DNA of 33,650 bases from Candidatus Poseidoniales archaeon. GTDB taxonomy: Archaea > Thermoplasmatota > Poseidoniia > MGIII > CG-Epi1. This document shows, in pieces, positions 26,116 through 33,650 of this stretch. Both the position numbers and the translations under genes were made by a program. The stretch is from assembly GCA_045567975.1 (NCBI GenBank), contig JBJLBY010000016.1, forward strand, positions 1 through 33,650, written 5' to 3'. Position 1 is the stretch's first letter. Each line of letters starts with the position of its first letter. Under the pieces are notes generated by a model. That model was not told the origin of the DNA. It did not search any database and was given only the letters and a program-made list of their open reading frames with translations.

Positions 26116-27163
26116 TGATCATCTCTCCCACCTTCTCAAACAATATGTTTGCATCCATTGGTCCAGGAGCAGCTTCAGGATGGAATTGGACTGACCAGCA
26201 ATTCTCTCCACTTATTCCCTCACAAGTACCATCGTTTAAATTTATGAATGTTTCTTTGATGTTCTTTGGCAATTTATGCAGCGCAAAACCATGGTTTTGA
26301 GATGTAATGTAAACGTCTTCAGTTTTAACATCCTTTACTGGTTGATTTCCTCCTCGATGTCCGTATTTTAATTTATAAGTCTGTCCACCAAGTGCAAGAC
26401 CTAGAATCTGATGTCCTAGACATATTCCAATAGTTGGATATTCTTTAGTTAGTTCTTTTATTGTATTAACAACAGTTTTCATCTCTGGATGATCTGGATC
26501 ACCAGGGCCATTACTCATGAATATTAAGTCAGGTTTTGTTTTTCTAACTTGTTCAGGAGTGTAGTTCCACGGTACAACTGTAACTTTATTTTTTTCAGCT
26601 AGATTAGTTACAATTGATTGCTTTACGCCCCAGTCAAAGAGAGTTACATTTGGTCCTTTCTTCCCTTTTTTGTAAACTTTCTTTGTTGATACTTCAGCCA
26701 CCAAGTTTGAATCCGAAGGCCATGCCATTTTCTTAGCTCGTTTAACACCTTCCTCCGGAGTTATTTTTCCATCATTACTGATAACTGCTCTGAGGGTTCC
26801 AGATTCTCTTGTTATGATTGTTAATTCTCTGGTATCTATTCCTTCTAGCCCGGGTATTTTTTCTCTTTTCAACCATTCATCAAAATTTTCCTCGCCTTGA
26901 TGTGGGTGTCTACACCATTCCTTTACAATACAAGCTTTAGTCTGAATTTTTCCAGACTCATAATTTTCTTTATTACATCCATAATTTCCAATCTGTGGAA
27001 ATGTGAACATCAGTATCTGACCAGCGTAGCTTGGGTCTGTAAGAGCTTCTTGATAGCCCGTCATTGATGTATTGAAAACAAGCTCTCCCTCTACTGTTCT
27101 TGGATAACCAAATGAGTCACCAAAAAAAACAGAACCGTTCTCTAGTGCAATCCATCCCTGCAT
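26108..27163 (-). CDS. carA: Carbamoyl-phosphate synthase small (glutaminase) subunit
   Basis: FNTSMTGYQEALTDPSYAGQI, catalytic GICLGHQ and VQFHPEA. Overlaps the carB start by 8 nt. Confidence 0.95.
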   Translation of the reverse strand: MQGWIALENGSVFFGDSFGYPRTVEGELVFNTSMTGYQEALTDPSYAGQILMFTFPQIGNYGCNKENYESGKIQTKACIVKEWCRHPHQGEENFDEWLKREKIPGLEGIDTRELTIITRESGTLRAVISNDGKITPEEGVKRAKKMAWPSDSNLVAEVSTKKVYKKGKKGPNVTLFDWGVKQSIVTNLAEKNKVTVVPWNYTPEQVRKTKPDLIFMSNGPGDPDHPEMKTVVNTIKELTKEYPTIGICLGHQILGLALGGQTYKLKYGHRGGNQPVKDVKTEDVYITSQNHGFALHKLPKNIKETFINLNDGTCEGISGENCWSVQFHPEAAPGPMDANILFEKVGEMING

Positions 27164-27204
27164 CTAGGTAGAACTAGTTCGAGGGGGGCTTAAAACAGGA
27201 ACGG

Positions 27205-27951
27205 TTAGAGACTCTCGAGGAACTCTCTTTCTGTGAAGTGTAGTTTAGCTGGAACTACTATGCTGTGCGGTTCTTTTCCGAGGTCTCTATTTGCTAAATA
27301 TTTTAACTTTCCGTACCACAATTCTTGATCTTCCCTACCAACTCTTGCAGCAACAGCTACTTTCTTTTTTTCATCTATTCCAGCTTCAATCATTTGTTTA
27401 GCAGCTTGTGATGCAGTCATGTAAGTAGGTTCAGCTTCTGGGTCATCAGCCTTAATATCTAACAATACCAAAGTATGGTTTTCATTTTTCAAATTAGCTT
27501 TAATTTTATCGATAGGACTTAGTGGTTTGTAATTTCCCTCAGGGAGAACTAGTGTAGCTACAGGGCCAAAATTATAGTGCTGCAAACCTAGAACACCTGC
27601 GACAGCTGTCAAAACAGATGCATTATGTATTACGTTGGTTTCAACATTATTCTTTTTACATTGTAGTAACAAACTAACGTGTGTAGTAGCAGACAGTGAA
27701 TCTCCAACAACTAGTAGTGCTACATTGGCTACCTTTGCTAATTCAATTAGTTTTTCGGGTTCTTCAACTTGACTTCTAGAGAGATGTATGGGTTTCTTTT
27801 GAGATTTTAATTCTATCCACTCTAAGGTGTCTTGATGAATTGGTGAAGTATAGGTTTCATAGAAAATGTGCTCTGATAAACTAAGGGCAATTATACCATC
27901 CATAGTTGTCGAGTTTGGTCCTCCAAGACCAAGACCTATCATTGTGAGCAT
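27205..27951 (-). CDS. dphB: Diphthine synthase (DphB, tetrapyrrole-methylase fold)
   Basis: MLTMIGLGLG...IFYETYTS N-terminal pattern and VVGDSLSATTH. The 248-aa size is typical. Confidence 0.85.
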   Translation of the reverse strand: MLTMIGLGLGGPNSTTMDGIIALSLSEHIFYETYTSPIHQDTLEWIELKSQKKPIHLSRSQVEEPEKLIELAKVANVALLVVGDSLSATTHVSLLLQCKKNNVETNVIHNASVLTAVAGVLGLQHYNFGPVATLVLPEGNYKPLSPIDKIKANLKNENHTLVLLDIKADDPEAEPTYMTASQAAKQMIEAGIDEKKKVAVAARVGREDQELWYGKLKYLANRDLGKEPHSIVVPAKLHFTEREFLESL

Positions 27952-27985
27952 GAAGTCTTATTTGAGGCTCTCTTAATTAGTTTCT

Positions 27986-28402
27986 ATGACAGTATCACAA
28001 GATTCGTTAGAGTTTCAAACGGATCCTAAATCTTTTTTGGATATTACAAGTCATGTGCAGGATTTTGTTACAAGTTCAGATATCCAGAATGGTGTTTGCC
28101 ATTTATTCATTAAACATACAAGTGCAAGTTTAGTTATTCAGGAGAATTATGATCCTTCGGTAAGGGAAGATTTTGAGACTATTTTTTCTAAATTAGCACC
28201 TGAAGATTTTCCTTATGTTCATAATATGGAAGGTAAGGATGATATGCCAGCACATATTCGTTCAGCTTTGACCAGTACTTCTGAAACAGTCCCTGTAGTT
28301 AATGGAAAATTGTCATTGGGTACTTGGCAAGGGATTTACGTGTGGGAACACAGAGACCAAACACATAATAGGAAGGTAATGGTTAGTATGGTTGGTGAAT
28401 AA
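27986..28402 (+). CDS. YjbQ/UPF0047 family protein (secondary thiamine-phosphate synthase-like)
   Basis: NGVCHLFIKHTSASLVIQENYDPSV, EGKDDMPAHIRSAL and LSLGTWQGIYVWEHR are family hallmarks. Confidence 0.85.
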   Translation: MTVSQDSLEFQTDPKSFLDITSHVQDFVTSSDIQNGVCHLFIKHTSASLVIQENYDPSVREDFETIFSKLAPEDFPYVHNMEGKDDMPAHIRSALTSTSETVPVVNGKLSLGTWQGIYVWEHRDQTHNRKVMVSMVGE

Positions 28403-28857
28403 TGGCAAAAGATCTGGTAGACGCGCTCTTTCTAACGATTAGGGTTATTGAGTCTGTTGGTAGAACCGTTGAATTTGCTGTCGGAGCCATAGAGAAAATA
28501 AGTGAGGCAAATTCCCGTAAGTCTCAAGAAAAAAAATATGATGTGGAATGGATAGACATTAAAAAAACAGAATGGATTGATGTCAACTGTAAAAATAACA
28601 AAAAATTATATGATGTAAATGGCAATATAATTGTAATTGGAAAGCCTAGTCCAAAAATACATACAATGGCTACGTATGATATGAATGGAAATCTAATAGA
28701 AGATTCTCCAGTAAAAGTTAAGAAAGCAGCGAAAAAAGTGATTTTTATGGATGTAAGGGACAAGAAAGATGAAAGAGGAAAATTGAAAAAACTGTATCGA
28801 GACGGCTACCTTTCCAAATCAAGATATAATTCACTCATGAAGGACTTAAACAAATAA
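28402..28857 (+). CDS. Hypothetical protein with short internal repeats and a SHOCT-like C-terminus
   Basis: TAATG junctions on both sides. Repeats EWIDI/EWIDV and YDVNGNII/YDMNGNLI. The C-terminal KLKKLYRDGYLSKSRYNSLMKDL resembles the SHOCT short C-terminal domain. Confidence 0.5.
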   Translation: MAKDLVDALFLTIRVIESVGRTVEFAVGAIEKISEANSRKSQEKKYDVEWIDIKKTEWIDVNCKNNKKLYDVNGNIIVIGKPSPKIHTMATYDMNGNLIEDSPVKVKKAAKKVIFMDVRDKKDERGKLKKLYRDGYLSKSRYNSLMKDLNK

Positions 28858-29441
28858 TGGAATTTAATCTGTACAAAGCAAACGCAATGAAAAAATTAGA
28901 TGATGCTAAATCTAAAGGTTTAGTTGATGAAGGTGTAATCGAAGTTCTTAACGCATTTAATTCACATCCTGACATTTTTACTACATCGAGTTGTGCAGGA
29001 AGGTTACAACTCATAGTTCTTCCTGATATAGGTCGTAAAGATTCTGTTGAATTAAGGAAAACATGGCATAGGCCTGTTGAATTTGAAGAAGTTAAGAAAG
29101 CTCTCGACAATTTGAACATTCCTGCCAATTCAATTGTTATTCTTCAAGGTCAATCACCAATTTTTCATGTAGCTTGCAGAACTATGGAATTAGCTCAAAA
29201 ATTTAGAGGAATTGTTCATAGTCAAGGATGGAAGTATTCTTCATTGATTACAGGTAATGAAGATAAATGGGTTGTAGAAATCCTTTCTGCAAATCGAATT
29301 GATAATTTGCTTTACCGTGACGGTGTCATTGACAAACCGAGTGATGAACGTCTAAAATTCATAATTGAAGAGTCAAACAAGATACTTATCAAAGCTCAGG
29401 CCAGGTTGGAAGCTTTAGAATATATACCATCTGGTTTATAG
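28857..29441 (+). CDS. taw3: tRNA wyosine-derivative methyltransferase Taw3 (TYW3 family)
   Basis: GLVDEGVIEVLNAFNSHPDIFTTSSCAGRL matches the TYW3 TTSSC(S/A)GR motif, followed by TWHRPVEFEEV. Confidence 0.8.
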   Translation: MEFNLYKANAMKKLDDAKSKGLVDEGVIEVLNAFNSHPDIFTTSSCAGRLQLIVLPDIGRKDSVELRKTWHRPVEFEEVKKALDNLNIPANSIVILQGQSPIFHVACRTMELAQKFRGIVHSQGWKYSSLITGNEDKWVVEILSANRIDNLLYRDGVIDKPSDERLKFIIEESNKILIKAQARLEALEYIPSGL

Positions 29442-29448
29442 TCAAAGT

Positions 29449-30474
29449 ATGAAGGCACTCTACTTTGAAGAGCACGGAGAAAGAGAGGTATTGCAGTATG
29501 GAAATTTACCAGATTTAGAAAATAAAGAAAATCATGTTTTAATCAAAGTAGAAGCATGTGCTTTGAATCACCTAGATGTATGGATTCGTAAAGGATGGCC
29601 AGGTCTCAATCTGGAAATGCCACATATCGGAGGTAGCGATGTTTCAGGTACTGTTGTAGAAGGTAGTGGACAATGGAAAGAAGGAGACAAAGTAGTTATT
29701 GATCCTGGTATCACTACAAAGCAGGATTCTTGGACAGAACAAGGTCTCGATAGTATGAGTCCCGGATATCGTATTCTTGGAGAACATATTAGTGGTGGAT
29801 GTGCAGAATATGTATGTGTACCTGTAGGGAATGTTCATAAGCGCCCAGATGGCATGACTGCTACACAGGCTGCTGCACCACTTCTTGCAGGTTTAACGGC
29901 CTATAGAATGCTTGTAATCAGGGCAGGAATACAGAAAGGTGACAATGTTCTAGTAATGGGGTCTGGGGGAGGTGTTAATTCACTATCTATTCAGATTGCT
30001 AAACATTTCGGGGCAGAGGTTCATGTTGTTGCAGGTGGCTCTGAAAAGAAAGCTAAAGCAGAAGATTTAGGAGCATCATTTGTAGTAGATTACAAAGCTA
30101 ATGATAATTGGCACAAAGAATTATTTCCAGTTATTGGTAGGAAAGGCTATGATATTGTAGTAGATAATGTTGGTAAACCAACTTGGACACGTTCTATTCA
30201 ATTATCTGGCATTGGTGGAAGAATAGTTACTGTAGGAAATACAAAAGGCCCTATTGCTGAAACTGATATTAGACATGTATTTTCAAAACAATTGTCTATC
30301 CTTGGTTCGACAATGGGTTCACATGCCGATTTTGCGGAACTATTGAAACTATTAAATTCTGGAGCAATAAATCCAGTGATTGATTGTGAAATCTCTCTTT
30401 CAAATGGAGCAAAAGGTCATCAAATTTTAGAAGAAGGAACTATGTTTGGTAAAGTTGTTATTGTTCCAGATTAA
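29449..30474 (+). CDS. Medium-chain (zinc-type) dehydrogenase/reductase, quinone oxidoreductase-like
   Basis: GroES-like N-terminus ACALNHLDVWIRKG...IGGSDVSG, Rossmann motif VMGSGGGVNSLSIQIAK, and a C-terminal FGKVVIVP. Confidence 0.85.
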   Translation: MKALYFEEHGEREVLQYGNLPDLENKENHVLIKVEACALNHLDVWIRKGWPGLNLEMPHIGGSDVSGTVVEGSGQWKEGDKVVIDPGITTKQDSWTEQGLDSMSPGYRILGEHISGGCAEYVCVPVGNVHKRPDGMTATQAAAPLLAGLTAYRMLVIRAGIQKGDNVLVMGSGGGVNSLSIQIAKHFGAEVHVVAGGSEKKAKAEDLGASFVVDYKANDNWHKELFPVIGRKGYDIVVDNVGKPTWTRSIQLSGIGGRIVTVGNTKGPIAETDIRHVFSKQLSILGSTMGSHADFAELLKLLNSGAINPVIDCEISLSNGAKGHQILEEGTMFGKVVIVPD

Positions 30475-30830
30475 GTGAATTGTTCAATCTTTTCAATTAA
30501 AGACGGTAAACGTACTGGTTTAGTTTCAAATTCATCAAAACCTCCGTCTAAAGCCTCTTGTCGATGTTCAGCCATTGCATTTGCAGTTAAGGCAATAATA
30601 GGTATACTAGTAGTATCAGAATTTTCTTTGATTTCTTTAGTAGCTTCAAGGCCAGTCTTTACCGGAAGACCCATATCCATTAGAATTACATCAGGTTTTT
30701 CACTTTGAGCCATGTCAATTGCTTCTTGGCCATCCACTGCAAAAATAACCTCATATCCCTTTTTCATTAGTCTTCTACTTAACATATCTTTGTTCATTTC
30801 ATCATCTTCAACAAGTAAAATTGTGGTCAT
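30471..30830 (-). CDS. Single-domain response regulator (CheY-like receiver)
   Basis: ILLVEDDEMN, phospho-acceptor context VILMDMGLP, IALTA and ETKP. Its ATG overlaps the kinase stop (TAATG). Confidence 0.9.
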   Translation of the reverse strand: MTTILLVEDDEMNKDMLSRRLMKKGYEVIFAVDGQEAIDMAQSEKPDVILMDMGLPVKTGLEATKEIKENSDTTSIPIIALTANAMAEHRQEALDGGFDEFETKPVRLPSLIEKIEQFT

Positions 30831-32155
30831 TATTTTTCCTCTTTAACCTCTACAGGTATAGTTATTGAAAAAGTTGTTCCCTTTCCTTCTTCACTTTCCA
30901 CTTCCATTTTTCCTCCCATCATTTCGGTCATTTTCTTACTTATTGGGAGTCCTAATCCAGTACCTCCATAATCTTTTGCTGTGGATGCTTCAGCTTGTGT
31001 GAATTCATCAAACACTTTCCCTAGTTGTTTTTCATTCATACCAATTCCAGTATCTGTAACTGCAAACCTGACATCTTTTTCAATCGTATTTATGGACAAG
31101 GTAACTGATCCTTCCTTCGTGAATTTTGCAGCATTGCTTAACATATTGAAGAGTATTTGCCTAAGCTTAGTTTGGTCATTCTTTAGCTTTTCAAATGTAG
31201 CATTATTTTCTAAAATAAATTTGTTGCCATTTTTCTCAACCAAGGGTTTAGCTGTAGCCTCAATTTGGGCCAAGTGCTTTACAAACTCGAATTCTTCAAT
31301 GTGTAAGTCCATTTTTCCAGCTTCGATTTTTGAAAGATCAAGTATGTCATTAATTAATGTAAGAAGATGTTCACCAGATGATTGTATTTTAGCTAAATCT
31401 GCTGCATAACTTTCTAGTTCATCATCTTCAGCTTCTTCCATCAACATTTCACTATATCCTAGTATTGCATTCAATGGTGTTCTCAATTCATGACTCATAT
31501 TGGCTAAGAAATCAGATTTTGCCTTACTTGCATTTTGAGCTTGTTCTCTCAATATTTTCAATTCTTCCGTTTTTACATAGTCTATTCTATCTTTGTATTC
31601 ATTAGATCTCTTTACAAAAACACTGTAAACAAAAGGCATGATTAGTAAATATGGAATTTGTGAACCAGTTATAATTTCCATTTCTAAGAGGTATATCAGA
31701 AATCCAACTACGGTTGTTGTAACGATGAAAAAACTGTTCAGAAAATTAACAGGATATATTGTAAAAAATAGAAGTGTTAATAGAGGAAGCGCAGCTTCAC
31801 CAGGACCAAAGAAGGCCTCTTTGTCCATTGAATAATGATATGCACCATTAGCCATTAGTGCAGGAATTACAAAAGTGAAATAATGTTCATAATACTGTTC
31901 ACGATATTTTTCAGATAGAAGTAAGAAATAAACTGTAACTGAAGCAATAGCATGAACTAAAACATAGATTGGTTGAATACCTAATTGTTTCAAGTCATCT
32001 AATATTACTAGTAAAAATATCAGATGTCCTAATAACATTAGATTCCAAATATAATTCCTGTTTTTTTCTAATTTCACTTTCTTGTATTCTTTTTCTAAAT
32101 TATCATTATTGAAAGTGCACGTCAGGCGATTGATACTTTCTTCACCCTCTAACAT
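30830..32155 (-). CDS. Membrane-embedded sensor histidine kinase (multi-TM sensor + HisKA + HATPase_c, no receiver domain)
   Basis: H-box FLANMSHELRTPLNAILGYSEML, N-box LFNMLSNAAKFT, G-boxes DTGIGM and GGTGLGL. Roughly 5-6 hydrophobic helices in residues 35-180. Confidence 0.9.
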   Translation of the reverse strand: MLEGEESINRLTCTFNNDNLEKEYKKVKLEKNRNYIWNLMLLGHLIFLLVILDDLKQLGIQPIYVLVHAIASVTVYFLLLSEKYREQYYEHYFTFVIPALMANGAYHYSMDKEAFFGPGEAALPLLTLLFFTIYPVNFLNSFFIVTTTVVGFLIYLLEMEIITGSQIPYLLIMPFVYSVFVKRSNEYKDRIDYVKTEELKILREQAQNASKAKSDFLANMSHELRTPLNAILGYSEMLMEEAEDDELESYAADLAKIQSSGEHLLTLINDILDLSKIEAGKMDLHIEEFEFVKHLAQIEATAKPLVEKNGNKFILENNATFEKLKNDQTKLRQILFNMLSNAAKFTKEGSVTLSINTIEKDVRFAVTDTGIGMNEKQLGKVFDEFTQAEASTAKDYGGTGLGLPISKKMTEMMGGKMEVESEEGKGTTFSITIPVEVKEEK

Positions 32156-32177
32156 TATAATTCCCTATGTTCCACAA

Positions 32178-32186
32178 TATTTAAGA
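32178..32186. promoter_or_regulatory. Candidate shared TATA element (TATTTAAGA / TCTTAAATA) in the 55-nt divergent kinase/HPt intergenic region
   Basis: The element is centred ~27 nt from the kinase ATG (32155, minus strand). It is also ~26 nt upstream of position ~32208, just before the HPt ATG at 32220. Confidence 0.3.
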
Positions 32187-32210
32187 ATATAACCTATACT
32201 GCCTACTTGG

Positions 32211-32498
32211 TTGATACATATGGAAGGTTTTGATGATGATGAATGGGCTGAGATGCAGGAAATGTATATCAATCATACTTCAAAGGAATTAGAAAAGATT
32301 AAGTCAGAGTTAACATTAGAGTCTATTGATTCTATTCGTACTTTTGGTCATAATATCAAGGGTAGTGGAGGGATGTATGGATTTGATGAAGTTACTAAAA
32401 TTGGTTTGTTGATAGAAACAGCAGCAAAAGCAGATGATCTGGAGTCTATAAAATCAAATCTCAAAGATTTAGAAAACTTTTTGCAGTCTAAGAGATAA
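32211..32498 (+). CDS. Stand-alone histidine phosphotransfer (HPt) protein
   Basis: FGHNIKGSGGMYGF matches the HPt HxxKG(S/A) motif in a ~95-aa all-helical protein. The ATG at 32220 is a more likely start than the TTG at 32211. Confidence 0.8.
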   Translation: MIHMEGFDDDEWAEMQEMYINHTSKELEKIKSELTLESIDSIRTFGHNIKGSGGMYGFDEVTKIGLLIETAAKADDLESIKSNLKDLENFLQSKR

Positions 32499-32539
32499 TT
32501 CAGCATCAATTTCTAATAATAAAGTTCTATGCGGTAGTT

Positions 32540-33490
32540 ATGACTGATGATGATTTGCCAAATATAATTGCTGTGGACGATGATTTTGCAGTGCGCATGG
32601 CAATGGATTTTATGTTCAAAAAATGGCCAGAATATAATTTAATTTTAGCAGAAGATGCAAAAGATGCTTTATCTAAACTAGAGGAACGAGATTACATGAT
32701 GATGTTTAGCGATATAAATATGCCAGAAGTCTCAGGACTCGAATTACTGGAGATTGTTAAAGGCAAATATCCTGAATTACCTGTTTTTATGTTAACCTCA
32801 GAAACAGACATTCAAAATTCAATTACAGCTTTTAGACATGGTGCAATGGATTATCTTTTGAAACCACCAACTGTTAGTAGCATCAAAGGTGCTATAGATA
32901 AGACAGTGGAATACCTTGAAGAAAAGGCTGAGAAAGAAAAAGTTGATATGACTGATTTCAAGCAAATGGTTGAGAATTTCTCGCCAGAAGAAATGGGTCT
33001 AACCAAATCAGGATCAAAGAATACTGAATTTACAAAATTAGTTAATGTTCTTCAAGAAAAATTGATACATCCAGGAAAAGTAGGCCGAGTTCATAATCTT
33101 TTTTTACTTTCTAAATCTGGTATTGTTATCAGCAATTTATCAGCTAATGAAGTGGAAGAAACTGATGCAGATATTTTGGGAGGAATGTTTACTGCTGTAA
33201 AGAATTTTATGGAAGATGCCTTCAGTGCCCGTAGTGATTCTTCACTAAATGACATACAATTTGGTAATTTTCATATAACTTTTGCTTCTGGTGCATATTC
33301 TGAGTTAGCTGTTGTTTATACGGGTATAATTAATCAAGCATCTGAAGAGGCTATTGCAGATACACTAATTGCTTTTGAGTTAGAGAATATTAAGACATTA
33401 GAAAACTGGGATGGTGATCTTTCAAGATTATCGACAGCAGCAGATTATTTAGAGAAATTATTTGCAGATATTGATAAAGAGAAGAATTAA
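32540..33490 (+). CDS. Response regulator: receiver domain + charged linker + uncharacterised ~140-aa C-terminal domain
   Basis: Receiver motifs IIAVDDD, MMFSDINMP, FMLTS and LLKPP. The C-terminal region NLFLLSKSGIVISNLS...DILGGMFTAVKNFMEDAF...FHITFASGAYSELAVVYTG has no DNA-binding signature. Confidence 0.85.
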   Translation: MTDDDLPNIIAVDDDFAVRMAMDFMFKKWPEYNLILAEDAKDALSKLEERDYMMMFSDINMPEVSGLELLEIVKGKYPELPVFMLTSETDIQNSITAFRHGAMDYLLKPPTVSSIKGAIDKTVEYLEEKAEKEKVDMTDFKQMVENFSPEEMGLTKSGSKNTEFTKLVNVLQEKLIHPGKVGRVHNLFLLSKSGIVISNLSANEVEETDADILGGMFTAVKNFMEDAFSARSDSSLNDIQFGNFHITFASGAYSELAVVYTGIINQASEEAIADTLIAFELENIKTLENWDGDLSRLSTAADYLEKLFADIDKEKN

Positions 33491-33650
33491 TTCTTTTTCA
33501 ATCTTGCAATAATATGGCTTGTACTAGGTCCATAAAATTTTACTCTTTCAAACTTTTCTACTGTAAAGCTATTTTGAAACATCAAATCAGAGAAATTTTC
33601 AGGTATTGCTCCCCAGTCACTTCTACTCTTAAAACCTAACCAATTGTTTC
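33487..33650 (-). CDS. 3' end of a gene truncated by the right window edge (possibly a class I methyltransferase C-terminus; very tentative)
   Basis: Hand translation of the minus strand gives an open frame NNWLGFKSRSDWGAIPENFSDLMFQNSFTVEKFERVKFYGPSTSHIIARLKKN-stop. The stop TAA (33487..33489) overlaps the stop of the convergent response regulator gene. Confidence 0.45.
   Translation of the reverse strand, partial: NNWLGFKSRSDWGAIPENFSDLMFQNSFTVEKFERVKFYGPSTSHIIARLKKN

Noticed and set aside
21271-31835. Remaining short shadow ORFs: 21271..21483, 22678..22887, 23720..23902, 24602..24826, 26115..26300, 28524..28763, 28835..29128, 29644..29838, 30475..30708, 30981..31409 and 31638..31835
   Set aside because: Each is antisense to, or out of frame within, a confidently assigned gene (polyprenyl synthase, MenA, carB, carA, Taw3, MDR, receiver, kinase). 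They are treated as non-coding.
33482-33495. 14-nt perfect palindrome AAGAATTAATTCTT at the convergent gene ends, considered as a terminator or protein-binding site
   Set aside because: It is most simply explained as two convergent ORFs both ending ...AAG AAT TAA around a shared TTAA. It is AT-only apart from one G:C pair and too short and weak to claim as a hairpin. The other three TTAA junctions do not have extended palindromes.
1-33650. CRISPR arrays, tandem DNA repeats, rRNA, riboswitch-sized leaders and defence-system genes
   Set aside because: There are no regularly spaced direct repeats and no non-coding gap longer than ~150 nt. There are no nuclease, helicase or methylase combinations typical of defence islands. 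The window reads as core chromosome.

Overview
This is a visibly AT-rich, very gene-dense chromosomal segment from an archaeon. The archaeal call rests on Alba, aTrm56, Taw3, diphthine synthase, RNA polymerase subunit N and ribosomal protein L18e. Membership of an uncultured marine Thermoplasmatota / Marine Group II-like lineage is inference only. Intergenic gaps are mostly under 60 nt, and many genes overlap as ATGA or TAATG, or as TTAA at convergent ends. From left to right the window holds aTrm56 and Alba, then an ABC exporter operon, tRNA-Leu(UAG) and a ROK sugar kinase. Next come tRNA-Pro and the rpl18e-rpl13-rps9-rpoN cluster, followed by purN, a riboflavin-pathway reductase and panB. 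A 12-gene complex-I-like operon follows (nuoA-B-C-D-H-I-J1-J2-K-L-M-N, no nuoEFG). It is followed by a polyprenyl synthase plus MenA pair, carAB, diphthine synthase, YjbQ, Taw3 and an MDR oxidoreductase. The window ends with a four-gene His-Asp-His-Asp phosphorelay cluster. I saw no CRISPR array, transposase, integrase, prophage or rRNA. The window is mostly housekeeping. The parts worth a second look are domain-level novelties. (1) A complete type-1 copper (cupredoxin) domain with a signal peptide is fused in frame to the N-terminus of NuoM. (2) NuoI carries a second 2x[4Fe-4S] ferredoxin domain. (3) NuoJ is split, and its second half has a ~200-aa outward-facing insertion. (4) A cytoplasmic PAS domain is fused to the menaquinone prenyltransferase MenA. 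(5) A split multi-step phosphorelay ends in a response regulator with an unassigned output domain. All family assignments come from motif recognition by eye; no database search was run.
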